64,000 nucleotides of DNA from contig OZ024743.1 in NCBI GenBank assembly GCA_964016885.1, positions 182,218,001-182,282,000 of the forward strand. Direction: 5' to 3'. This document shows, piece by piece, positions 37,962-52,400 of the stretch (its first letter is position 1; every line of letters starts with the position of its first letter). The DNA is from Eledone cirrhosa (Eukaryota). The position numbers and the translations under genes are program-made. Under the pieces are notes generated by a model that saw nothing but the letters and a program-made list of their open reading frames with translations, ran no database searches and was not told the DNA's origin.

Positions 37962-38440
37962 TAACGTCAGGTAGGCCAGATTGGGGTGCAAAGGAGATAT
38001 TATTGTCACAGTAGTTCTATTTAGGACAAGTCTTATTTTAATTATTCTGTCGTTCACTCTATTTACGGCAATTACCTTATCTACCCATTTTTCTGCTAAC
38101 ATAATTTCTACTCCACCCAGCCCATTGTCATTTCCCACCCAGAAAAGTTTATAGCATCGTTTTTTACCCACAATGAATCTAGCAGACCCACCTCTCTACC
38201 TAGTCTCTTGAACACAACTAACATCAACTTCCTTACATTCAAGCATCTCTACAACCTCGTTAGAGCAACCTTTCAAAGTGCCTACATTCATGGTACCAAC
38301 TCTGAAGTTTTGGATTTCGTTGGGTGGGTGGAAGGGATGGGTTAGAGGCGCAGGGAGGGGGGTGGGAGATGGAATATGTTGGCCATCCGTGTCTGAAATA
38401 AAGAGGAGTCCTTGCATTCTTGTCCGGCAGCAAGAGGTAA
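37962..38440 (-). mobile_element. RTE LINE AP-endonuclease N-terminal fragment
   Basis: FRVGTMNVGTL...DVSCVQETR*...YKLFWVG...GGVEIMLAEKW...VNDRIIKIRL. Confidence 0.85.
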
Positions 38441-38775
38441 ATTTATCTTTATCTTTGGCACTGTCATTATCATATTATATATATATATTTATACACACAC
38501 ATACACATATTATATATATATACACACACACATACACATATTATATATATATACACACACATACACAAGTGTAGGTAGAAATGAAAGAGAAGTCCAATCA
38601 ACACATAATGTGAAAGTTGAAAATATTTGCCTCTTTGTTACTTTTTTTAATCTTTATTAATATCTACAAATATTTGTTTTTTTCTGTTATAATGTTTGTG
38701 TTTTTTGTGCAAGTACATTCTTTCCAATGTCTCTTCCATTAATGACTGCAAATTACTCTTCTTTATTGACTCATG

Positions 38776-39095
38776 TACTCTCAGGTCTTGAATAACCCCT
38801 ACTCCTGCTTATTAATTTTTCAACCCACCCACCTTACTTATTAAATTTTGCTAATCTATCTCCAGTGAAATTTTGTTTTAATTGGTAGCATTCCTGCAAC
38901 AATTTTCTTTTGATATTACATGAGCCAAAACAGTACATTACTAGAAATCCCATACGTTATAAAATAAATAGGATGGGTTGGGGTCTCAATATGCAAACTA
39001 AACGACTAATTCTGTTTTTTTTTAAAAATCAATGGAGACAACCTAGAAAAATTACCCCCACACTTATTCCAACCCCTCCTATTATTTTGGACAAA
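38776..39095 (+). mobile_element. MITE copy related to 17717-18096
   Basis: Shared tactctcaggtcttgaataa, ttattaaattttgctaatctatctcc, cattactagaaatcccat and gacaacctagaaaaattacccc. Confidence 0.7.
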
Positions 39096-39415
39096 AAAAA
39101 AAATCTTTTTGTTTGGAATATTCCAGGCTAAGGTTTTTATTGGGAGTTATTTGAGGCAAAATGTTCTGTTCTTCTGGCTACATTAGTTGGAATCTTTTCC
39201 TGGTACAATGAACTATTTTCACTAAATTCATGGAACATACAAACGGAAATAATGGCACAAACATTTAGTAGAATATAGATAGGTAATGTCTGAATATGAG
39301 ATGACTAGGGATGGAATTTATCTGGTGAAAGGTCTGTTAGTGGTGACCTGAGGCTATACAATAACAACAACAATGAATACCATGTTTCCATTACCTAGTA
39401 GTAGTTTGGAATGGA

Positions 39416-39731
39416 AGGCACTCCATCAGTTATGATAATGAGTGTTCCAGTTGATCCGATCAACGGAACTGCCTGCTCACGAAATTAACGTGCAAGTGGC
39501 TGAGCATTCCACAAACACATGTACCCTTAACGAAGTTCTCAGGGAGATTCGGCATGACACAGAATGTGACAAGGCTGGCCCTTCGAATTACAGATATAAC
39601 TCATTTTTGCCAGCTGAGTGAACTGGAGCAACGTGAAATAAAGTGTCTTGCTCAAAGACACAGTGCACTGCTGGAAATTGAACTCCCAACCTTACGATCA
39701 CAAACTGATTTCCCTAACCACAAAGCCATGC
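39416..39731 (-). mobile_element. tRNA-derived SINE
   Basis: Minus strand: catggctttgtggttaggg...gagttcaatttcc...gtgtctttgagcaagacactttatttcac...cactcagctggcaaaaatgag. The head is shared with 34296; the 3' half differs. Confidence 0.8.
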
Positions 39732-40024
39732 TCCTAGTTTGGTAGTTTAGTAAACTACATGCCAGTCCTAATAGAATAAACATATGACCAGATACTTAAC
39801 ATAATTCAATTGAGTTGATTTGTCACAGTTTAATGCCACCATCTCTTCCTTGGGTTGCATTTAGCAGAGTTTCACTCTATTGGAAGTATTTGACCCAGGT
39901 TTCTTGTTTCAGGATACTCTTAGTCTCAGAGGCCCTGAAAAAATGTCAAAAACATTGGTATTCTTGGGGGGGGAAAAAGAAATCCTTCTTTTCTTTTTGA
40001 TTATAGTAGTGTTATGTTCCTTTA

Positions 40025-40170
40025 TGTTCGGAGCTCAAATCCCACCAAGGTTAGCTTTGCCTTTCATCCTTACAGAATTTATAAAATAAAGTGCCAGTAA
40101 TGTACTGGGATTGATTTCATCGATTTTCCCCTGCCGCCAAAATTGTTGACTTTGTGCTTAAATCAGAAAG
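40025..40170 (+). mobile_element. SINE fragment (family of 1297-1483)
   Basis: gagctcaaatccc...ctttgcctttcatcctta...ataaaataaagtgccagtaa. Confidence 0.6.
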
Positions 40171-40182
40171 CATCTTTAGTGG

Positions 40183-40366
40183 ATGAGGGTGCTGAAAAGT
40201 TCCTGTATTTAAGGGTATTATGAAAGGAAAGAGCTTTTACATTTACAGGGAAGGTACGACTGCTACAATAACTGTGAATACGAGAGGGGAATATGTTGAA
40301 TAAAAACATAATCAACTAATCCTCCTGTATTTTCTTTTACCCAAAGCCTTTTTCAGCAGCCTGGTA
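40183..40366 (+). mobile_element. Mariner-derived non-autonomous element
   Basis: Imperfect TIRs gagggtgctgaaaagttcc / cttttcagcagcctggta; internal gagaggggaatatgttgaataa encodes RGEYVE*, a mariner transposase C-terminus. Confidence 0.6.
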
Positions 40367-40448
40367 TAGAAACTTCTTTGTTGGTTTGAATATAGAATAG
40401 CTACCTGCAACTTGCTGTAGCTGATAGTTGAGAAGAGTGTTGTTGATG

Positions 40449-43400
40449 ACAACATAGTGGCAGCATGTGAACCACAATTGGTCACTATTCAACTCTCACA
40501 ACCATTGTACCAGTTGTAATGACATAACAACATAGTGACAACATGTGAAACACAATTGGTCACTATTCAACTCTCACAACTATTGTACCAGTTGTAATGA
40601 CATAACAACATAGTGACAACATGTGAAACACAATTGGTCACTATTCAACTCTCACAACCATTGTACCAGTTGTAATGACATAACAACATAGTGACAACAT
40701 GTGAAACACAATTGGTCACTATTCAACTCTCACAACTATTGTACCAGTTGTAATGACATAACAACATAGTGACAACATGTGAAACACAATTGGTCACTAT
40801 TCAACTCTCACAGCCATTGTACCAGTTGTAATGACATAACAACATAGTGACAACATGTGAAACACAATTGGTCACTATTCAACTCTCACAACTATTGTAC
40901 CAGTTGTAATGACATAACAACATAGTGACAACATGTGAAACACAATTGGTCACTATTCAACTCTCACAACCATTGTACCAGTTGTAATGACATAACAACA
41001 TAGTGACAACATGTGAACCACAATTGGTCACTATTCAACTCTCACAACCATTGTACCAGTTGTAATGACATAACAACATAGTGACAACATGTGAACCACA
41101 ATTGGTCACTATTCAACTCTCACAACCATTGTACCAGTTGTAATGACATAACAACATAGTGGCAGCATGTGAAACACAATTGGTCACTATTCAATTCTCA
41201 CAACCATTGTACCAGTTGTAATGACATATTAACATAGTGACAACATGTGAACCACAATTGGTCACTATTCAACTCTCACAACCATTGTACCAGTTGTAAT
41301 GACATAACAACATAGTGACAACATGTGAACCACAAGTGGTCACTATTCAACTCTCACAACCATTGTACCAGTTGTAATGACATAACAACATAGTGGCAGC
41401 ATGTGAAACACAATTGGTCACTATTCAACTCTCACAACCATTGTACCAGTTGTAATGACATAACAACATAGTGACAACATGTGAACCACAATTGGTCACT
41501 ATTCAACTCTCACAACCATTGTACCAGTTGTAATGACATAACAACATAGTGACAACATGTGAACCACAATTGGTCACTATTCAACTCTCACAACCATTGT
41601 ACCAGTTGTAATGACATAACAACATAGTGGCAGCATGTGAAACACAATTGGTCACTATTCAACTCTCACAACCATTGTACCAGTTGTAATGACATAACAA
41701 CATAGTGACAATATGTGAACCACAAATGGTCACAATTCAACTCTCACAACTATTGTGCCAGTTGTAATGACATAACAACATAGTGACAACATGTGAACCA
41801 CAAGTGGTCACTATTCAACTCTCATAACCATTGTACGAGTTGTAATGACATAATAACATAGTGACAACATGTGAAACACAATTGGTCACTATTCAACTCT
41901 CACATCCATTGTACCAGTTGTAATGACAGAACAACATAGTGACAACTTGTGAACCACAATTGGTCACTATTCAACTCTCACAACCATTGTACCAGTTGTA
42001 ATGACATGATAACATTGTGACAACATGTGAACCACAAGTGGTCACTATTCAACTCTCACAACTATCGTACCAGTTGTAATGACATAACAACATAGTGACA
42101 ACATGTGAACCACAAGTGGTCACTATTCAACTCTCACAACCATTGTACCAGTTGTAATGACATAATAACATAGTGACAACTTGTGAACCACAATTGCTCA
42201 CTATTCAACTCTCACAACCATTGTACCAGTTGTAATGACATGATAACATAGTGACAACATGTGAACCACAAGTGGTCACTATTCAACTCTCACAACTATC
42301 GTACCAGTTGTAATGACATAACAACATAGTGACAACATGTGAACCACAAATGGTCACTATTCAACTCTCACAACTATTGTGCCAGTTGTAATGACATAAC
42401 AACATAGTGACAACATGTGAAACACAATTGGTCACTATTCAACTCTCACAACCATTGTACCAGTTGTAATGACATATATAACATAGTGACAACATGTGAA
42501 ACACAATTGGTCACTATTCAACTCTCACAACCATTGTACCAGTTGTAATGACATAACAACATAGTGACAACATGTGAAACACAATTGGTCACTATTCAAC
42601 TCTCACAACCATTGTACCAGTTGTAATGACATAACAACATAGTGACAACATGTGAAACACAATTGGTCACTATTCAACTCTCACAACCATTGTACCAGTT
42701 GTAATGACATAACAACATAGTGACAACATGTGAACCACAAGTGGTCACTATTCAACTCTCACAACCATTGTACCAGTTGTAATGACATAACACCATAGTG
42801 ACAACATGTGAAACACAATTGGTCACTATTCAACTCTCACAACCATTGTACCAGTTGTAATGACATAATAACATAGTGACAACATGTGAACCACAAGTGG
42901 TCACTATTCAACTCTCACAACTATTGTACCAGTTGTAATGACATAACAACATAGTGACAACATGTGAACCACAAGTGGTCACTATTCAACTCTCACAACC
43001 ATTGTACCAGTTGTAATGACATAACAACATAGTGACAACTTGTGAACCACAATTGCTCACTATTCAACTCTCACAACCATTGTACCAGTTGTAATGACAT
43101 GATAACATAGTGACAACATGTGAACCACAATTGGTCACTATTCAACTCTCACAACTATCGTACCAGTTGTAATGACATAACAACATAGTGACAACATGTG
43201 AACCACAAGTGGTCACTATTCAACTCTCACAACCATTGTACCAGTTGTAATGACATAATAACATAGTGACAACTTGTGAACCACAATTGCTCACTATTCA
43301 ACTCTCACAACCATTGTACCAGTTGTAATGACATGATAACATAGTGACAACATGTGAACCACAAGTGGTCACTATTCAACTCTCACAACTATCGTACCAG

Positions 43401-46400
43401 TTGTAATGACATAACAACATAGTGACAACATGTGAACCACAAATGGTCACTATTCAACTCTCACAACTATTGTGCCAGTTGTAATGACATAACAACATAG
43501 TGACAACATGTGAAACACAATTGGTTACTATTCAACTTTCACATCTATTGTACCAGTTGTAATGACATAACAACATAGTGACAACATGTGAAACACAATT
43601 GGTCACTATTCAACTCTCACATCCATTGTACCAGTTGTAATGACATGATAACATAGTGACAACATGTGAACCACAAGTGGTCACTATTCAACTCTCACAA
43701 CTATCGTACCAGTTGTAATGACATAACAACATAGTGACAACATGTGAACCACAAGTGGTCACTATTCAACTCTCAGAACTATTGTACCAGTTGTAATGAC
43801 ATAACAACATAGTGACAACATGTGAACCACAAGTGGTCACTATTCAACTCTCACAACCATTGTACCAGTTGTAATGACATAACAACATAGTGACAACATG
43901 TGAACCACAATTGGTCACTATTCAACTCTCACAACCATTGTACCAGTTGTAATGACATAACAACATAGTGACAACATGTGAAACACAATTGGTCACTATT
44001 CAACTCTCACAACCATTGTACCAGTTGTAATGACATAATAACATAGTGACAACATGTGAACCACAAGTGGTCACTATTCAACTCTCACAACTATTGTACC
44101 AGTTGTAATGACATAACAACATAGTGACAACATGTGAACCACAAGTGGTCACTATTCAACTCTCACAACCATTGTACCAGTTGTAATGACATAACAACAT
44201 AGTGACAACTTGTGAACCACAATTGCTCACTATTCAACTCTCACAAACATTGTACCAGTTGTAATGACATAACAACATAGTGACAACATGTGAACCACAA
44301 GTGGTCACTATTCAACTCTCACAACCATTGTACCAGTTGTAATGACATAACAACATAGTGACAACATTTGAAACGCAATTGGTCACTATTCAACTCTCAC
44401 AACCATTGTACCAGTTGTAATGACATAACAACATAGTGACAGCTTGTGAACCACAATTGGTCACTATTCAACTCTCACAACCATTGTACCAGTTGTAATG
44501 ACATAACAACATAGTGACAACATGTGAAACACAATTGGTCACTATTCAACTCTCACAACCATTGTACCAGTTGTAATGACATAACAACATAGTAACAACA
44601 TGTGAAACACAATTGGTCACTATTCAACTCTCACAACCATTGTACCAGTTGTAATGACATAATAACATAGTGACAACATGTGAACCACAAGTGGTCACTA
44701 TTCAACTCTCACAACTATTGTACCAGTTGTAATGACATAACAACATAGTGACAACATGTGAACCACAAGTGGTCACTATTCAACTCTCACAACCATTGTA
44801 CCAGTTGTAATGACATATATAACATAGTGACAACATGTGAAACACAATTGGTCACTATTCAACTCTCACAACCATTGTACCAGTTGTAATGACATAACAA
44901 CATAGTGACAACATGTGAAACACAATTGGTCACTATTCAACTCTCACAACCATTGTACCAGTTGTAATGACATAACAACATAGTGACAACATGTGAAACA
45001 CAATTGGTCACTATTCAACTCTCACAACCATTGTACCAGTTGAAATGACATAACAACATAGTGACAACATGTGAACCACAAGTGGTCACTATTCAACTCT
45101 CACAACCATTGTACCAGTTGTAATGACATAACACCATAGTGACAACATGTGAAACACAATTGGTCACTATTCAACTCTCACAACCATTGTACCAGTTGTA
45201 ATGACATAATAACATAGTGACAACATGTGAACCACAAGTGGTCACTATTCAACTCTCACAACTATTGTACCAGTTGTAATGACATAACAACATAGTGACA
45301 ACATGTGAACCACAAGTGGTCACTATTCAACTCTCACAACCATTGTACCAGTTGTAATGACATAACAACATAGTGACAACTTGTGAACCACAATTGCTCA
45401 CTATTCAACTCTCACAACCATTGTACCAGTTGTAATGACATGATAACATAGTGACAACATGTGAACCACAATTGGTCACTATTCAACTCTCACAACTATC
45501 GTACCAGTTATAATGACATAACAACATAGTGACAACATGTGAACCACAAGTGGTCACTATTCAACTCTCACAACCATTGTACCAGTTGTAATGACATAAT
45601 AACATAGTGACAACTTGTGAACCACAATTGCTCACTATTCAACTCTCACAACCATTGTACCAGTTGTAATGACATGATAACATAGTGACAACATGTGAAC
45701 CACAAGTGGTCACTATTCAACTCTCACAACTATCGTACCAGTTGTAATGACATAACAACATAGTGACAACATGTGAACCACAAATGGTCACTATTCAACT
45801 CTCACAACTATTGTGCCAGTTGTAATGACATAACAACATAGTGACAACATGTGAAACACAATTGGTTACTATTCAACTTTCACATCTATTGTACCAGTTG
45901 TAATGACATAACAACATAGTGACAACATGTGAAACACAATTGGTCACTATTCAACTCTCACATCCATTGTACCAGTTGTAATGACATGATAACATAGTGA
46001 CAACATGTGAACCACAAGTGGTCACTATTCAACTCTCACAACTATCGTACCAGTTGTAATGACATAACAACATAGTGACAACATGTGAACCACAAGTGGT
46101 CACTATTCAACTCTCAGAACTATTGTACCAGTTGTAATGACATAACAACATAGTGACAACATGTGAACCACAAGTGGTCACTATTCAACTCTCACAACCA
46201 TTGTACCAGTTGTAATGACATAACAACATAGTGACAACATGTGAACCACAAGTGGTCACTATTCAACTCTCACAACCATTGTACCAGTTGTAATGACATA
46301 ATAACATAGTGACAACATGTGAAACACAATTGGTCACTATTCAACTCTCACAACCATTGTACCAGTTGTAATGACATAACAACATAGTGACAACATGTGA

Positions 46401-49400
46401 AACACAATTGGTCACTATTCAACTCTCACAACCATTGTACCAGTTGTAATGACATAACAACATAGTGACAGCTTGTGAACCACAATTGGTCACTATTCAA
46501 CTCTCACAACCATTGTACCAGTTGTAATGACATAACAACATAGTGACAACATGTGAAACACAATTGGTCACTATTCAACTCTCACAACCATTGTACCAGT
46601 TGTAATGACATAACAACATAGTGACAACATGTGAAACACAATTGGTCACTATTCAACTCTCACAACCATTGTACCAGTTGTAATGACATAATAACATAGT
46701 GACAACATGTGAACCACAAGTGGTCACTATTCAACTCTCACAACTATTGTACCAGTTGTAATGACATAACAACATAGTGACAACATGTGAACCACAAGTG
46801 GTCACTATTCAACTCTCACAACCATTGTACCAGTTGTAATGACATAACAACATAGTGACAACTTGTGAACCACAATTGCTCACTATTCAACTCTCACAAA
46901 CATTGTACCAGTTGTAATGACATAACAACATAGTGACAACATGTGAACCACAAGTGGTCACTATTCAACTCTCACAACCATTGTACCAGTTGTAATGACA
47001 TAACAACATAGTGACAGCTTGTGAACCACAATTGGTCACTATTCAACTCTCACAACCATTGTACCAGTTGTAATGACATAACAACATAGTGACAACATGT
47101 GAAACACAATTGGTCACTATTCAACTCTCACAACCATTGTACCAGTTGTAATGACATAACAACATAGTAACAACACGTGAAACACAATTGGTCACTATTC
47201 AACTCTCACAACCATTGTACCAGTTGTAATGACATAATAACATAGTGACAACAAGTGAACCACAAGTGGTCACTATTCAACTCTCACAACTATTGTACCA
47301 GTTGTAATGACATAACAACATAGTGACAACATGTGAACCACAAGTGGTCACTATTCAACTCTCACAACCATTGTACCAGTTGTAATGACATAACAACATA
47401 GTGACAACATGTGAACCACAAATGGTCACTATTCAACTCTCACAACTATTGTGCCAGTTGTAATGACATAACAACATAGTGACAACATGTGAACCACAAG
47501 TGGTCACTATTCAACTCTCATAACCATTGTACGAGTTGTAATGACATAATAACATAGTGACAACATGTGAACCACAAGTGGTCACTATTCAACTCTCACC
47601 ACCATTGTACCAGTTGTAATGACATAACAACATAGTGACAACATGTGAAACACAATTGGTCACTATTCAACTCTCACATCCATTGTACCAGTTGTAATGA
47701 CATAACAACATAGTGACAACATGTGAAACACAATTGGTCACTATTCAACTCTCACATCCATTGTACCAGTTGTAATGACATAACAACATAGTGACAACTT
47801 GTGAACCACAATTGGTCACTATTCAACTCTCACAACCATTGTACCAGTTGTAATGACATAATAACATAGTGACAACATGTGAAATACAATTGGTCACTAT
47901 TCAACTCTCACAACCATTGTACCAGTTGTAATGACATAACAACATAGTGACAACATGTGAACCACAAATGGTCACTATTCAACTCTCACAACTATTGTGC
48001 CAGTTGTAATGACATAACAACATAGTGACAACATGTGAAACACAATTGGTCACTATTCAACTCTCACAACCATTGTACCAGTTGTAATGAGATAACAAAA
48101 TAGTGACAACATGTGAACCACAAGTGGTAACTATTCAACTCTCACAACCATTGTACCAGTTGTAATGACATAACAACATAGTGACAACATGTGAACCACA
48201 AGTGGTCACTATTCAACTCTCACAACCATTGTACCAGTTGTAATGACATAACAACATAGTGACAACATGTGAACCACAAGTGGTCACTATTCAACTCTCA
48301 CAACCATTGTATCAGTTGTAATGACATAATAACATAGTGACAACATGTGAACCACAAATGGTCACTATTCAACTCTCACAACTATTGTGTCAGTTGTAAT
48401 GACATAACAACATAGTGACAACATGTGAAACACAATTGGTCACTATTCAACTCTCACATCCATTGTACCAGTTGTAATGACATGATAACATAGTGACAAC
48501 ATGTGAACCACAAGTGGTCACTATTCAACTCTCACAACTATCGTACCAGATGTAATGACATAACAACATAGTGACAACATGTGAACCACAAGTGGTCACT
48601 ATTCAACTCTCACAACTATTGTACCAGTTGTAATGACATAACAACATAGTGACAACATGTGAACCACAAGTGGTCACTATTCAACTCTCACAACCATTGT
48701 ACCAGTTGTAATGACATAACAACATAGTGACAACATGTGAACCACAAGTGGTCACTATTCAACTCTCACAACCATTGTACCAGTTGTAATGACATATATA
48801 ACATAGTGACAACATGTGAAACACAATTGGTCACTATTCAACTCTCACAACCATTGTACCAGTTGTAATGACATAACAACATAGTGACAACATGTGAAAC
48901 ACAATTGGTCACTATTCAACTCTCACAACCATTGTACCAGTTGTAATGACATAACAACATAGTGACAACATGTGAAACACAATTGGTCACTATTCAACTC
49001 TCACAACCATTGTACCAGTTGTAATGACATAATAACATAGTGACAACTTGTGAACCACAATTGCTCACTATTCAACTCTCACAACCATTGTACCAGTTGT
49101 AATGACATGATAACATAGTGACAACATGTGAACCACAAGTGGTCACTATTCAACTCTCACAACTATCGTACCAGTTGTAATGACATAACAACATAGTGAC
49201 AACATGTGAACCACAAATGGTCATTATTCAACTCTCACAACTATTGTGCCAGTTGTAATGACATAACAACATAGTGACAACATGTGAAACACAATTGGTT
49301 ACTATTCAACTTTCACATCGATTGTACCAGTTGTAATGACATAACAACATAGTGACAACATGTGAAACACAATTGGTCACTATTCAACTCTCACATCCAT

Positions 49401-52400
49401 TGTACCAGTTGTAATGACATGATAACATAGTGACAACATGTGAACCACAAGTGGTCACTATTCAACTCTCACAACTATCGTACCAGTTGTAATGACATAA
49501 CAACATAGTGACAACATGTGAACCACAAGTGGTCACTATTCAACTCTCAGAACTATTGTACCAGTTGTAATGACATAACAACATAGTGACAACATGTGAA
49601 CCACAAGTGGTCACTATTCAACTCTCACAACCATTGTACCAGTTGTAATGACATAACAACATAGTGACAACATGTGAACCACAAGTGGTCACTATTCAAC
49701 TCTCACAACCATTGTACCAGTTGTAATGACATAATAACATAGTGACAACATGTGAAACACAATTGGTCACTGTTCAACTCTCACAACCATTGTACCAGTT
49801 GTAATGACATAACAACATAGTGACAACATGTGAAACACAATTGGTCACTATTCAACTCTCACAACCATTGTACCAGTTGTAATGACATAACAACATAGTG
49901 ACAGCTTGTGAACCACAATTGGTCACTATTCAACTCTCACAACCATTGTACCAGTTGTAATGACATAACAACATAGTGACAACATGTGAAACACAATTGG
50001 TCACTATTCAACTCTCACAACCATTGTACCAGTTGTAATGACATAACAACATAGTGACAACATGTGAAACACAATTGGTCACTATTCAACTCTCACAACC
50101 ATTGTACCAGTTGTAATGACATAATAACATAGTGACAACATGTGAACCACAAGTGGTCACTATTCAACTCTCACAACTATTGTACCAGTTGTAATGACAT
50201 AACAACATAGTGACAACATGTGAACCACAAGTGGTCACTATTCAACTCTCACAACCATTGTACCAGTTGTAATGACATAACAACATAGTGACAACTTGTG
50301 TACCACAATTGCTCACTATTCAACTCTCACAACCATTGTACCAGTTGTAATGACATAACAACATAGTGACAACATGTGAACCACAAGTGGTCACTATTCA
50401 ACTCTCACAACCATTGTACCAGTTGTAATGACATGATAACATAGTGACAACATGTGAACCAGAAGTGGTCACTATTCAACTCTCACAACTATCGTACCAG
50501 TTGTAATGACATAACAACATAGTGACAACATGTGAACCACAAGTGGTCACTATTCAACTCTCACAACTATCGTACCAGATGTAATGACATAACAACATAG
50601 TGACAACATGTGAACCACAAGTGGTCACTATTCAACTCTCACAACTATTGTACCAGTTGTAATGACATAACAACATAGTGACAACATGTGAACCACAAGT
50701 GGTCACTATTCAACTCTCACAACCATTGTACCAGTTGTAATGACATAACAACATAGTGACAACATGTGAACCACAAGTGGTCACTATTCAACTCTCACAA
50801 CCATTGTACCAGTTGTAATGACATATATAACATAGTGACAACATGTGAAACACAATTGGTCACTATTCAACTCTCACAACCATTGTACCAGTTGTAATGA
50901 CATAACAACATAGTGACAACATGTGAAACACAATTGGTCACTATTCAACTCTCACAACCATTGTACCAGTTGTAATGACATAACAACATAGTGACAACAT
51001 GTGAAACACAATTGGTCACTATTCAACTCTCACAACCATTGTACCAGTTGTAATGACATAACAACATAGTGACAACATGTGAACCACAAGTGGTCACTAT
51101 TCAACTCTCACAACCATTGTACCAGTTGTAATGACATAACACCATAGTGACAACATGTGAAACACAATTGGTCACTATTCAACTCTCACAACCATTGTAC
51201 CAGTTGTAATGACATAATAACATAGTGACAACATGTGAACCACAAGTGGTCACTATTCAACTCTCACAACTATTGTACCAGTTTAATGACATAACAACAT
51301 AGTGACAACATGTGAACCACAAGTGGTCACTATTCAACTCTCACAACCATTGTACCAGTTGTAATGACATAACAACATAGTGACAACTTGTGAACCACAA
51401 GTGGTCACTATTCAACTCTCACAACTATCGTACCAGTTGTAATGACATAACAACATAGTCACAACATGTGAACCACAAGTGGTCACTATTCAACTCTCAC
51501 AACCATTGTACCAGTTGTAATGACATAATAACATAGTGACAACTTGTGAACCACAATTGCTCACTATTCAACTCTCACAACCATTGTACCAGTTGTAATG
51601 ACATGATAACATAGTGACAACATGTGAACCACAAGTGGTCACTATTCAACTCTCACAACTATCGTACCAGTTGTAATGACATAACAACATAGTGACAACA
51701 TGTGAACCACAAATGGTCACTATTCAACTCTCACAACTATTGTGCCAGTTGTAATGACATAACAACATAGTGACAACATGTGAAACACAATTGGTTACTA
51801 TTCAACTTTCACATCGATTGTACCAGTTGTAATGACATAACAACATAGTGACAACATGTGAAACACAATTGGTCACTATTCAACTCTCACATCCATTGTA
51901 CCAGTTGTAATGACATGATAACATAGTGACAACATGTGAACCACAAGTGGTCACTATTCAACTCTCACAACTATCGTACCAGTTGTAATGACATAACAAC
52001 ATAGTGACAACATGTGAACCACAAGTGGTCACTATTCAACTCTCAGAACTATTGTACCAGTTGTAATGACATAACAACATAGTGACAACATGTGAACCAC
52101 AAGTGGTCACTATTCAACTCTCACAACCATTGTACCAGTTGTAATGACATAACAACATAGTGACAACATGTGAACCACAAGTGGTCACTATTCAACTCTC
52201 ACAACCATTGTACCAGTTGTAATGACATAATAACATAGTGACAACATGTGAAACACAATTGGTCACTGTTCAACTCTCACAACCATTGTACCAGTTGTAA
52301 TGACATAACAACATAGTGACAACATGTGAAACACAATTGGTCACTATTCAACTCTCACAACCATTGTACCAGTTGTAATGACATAACAACATAGTGACAG

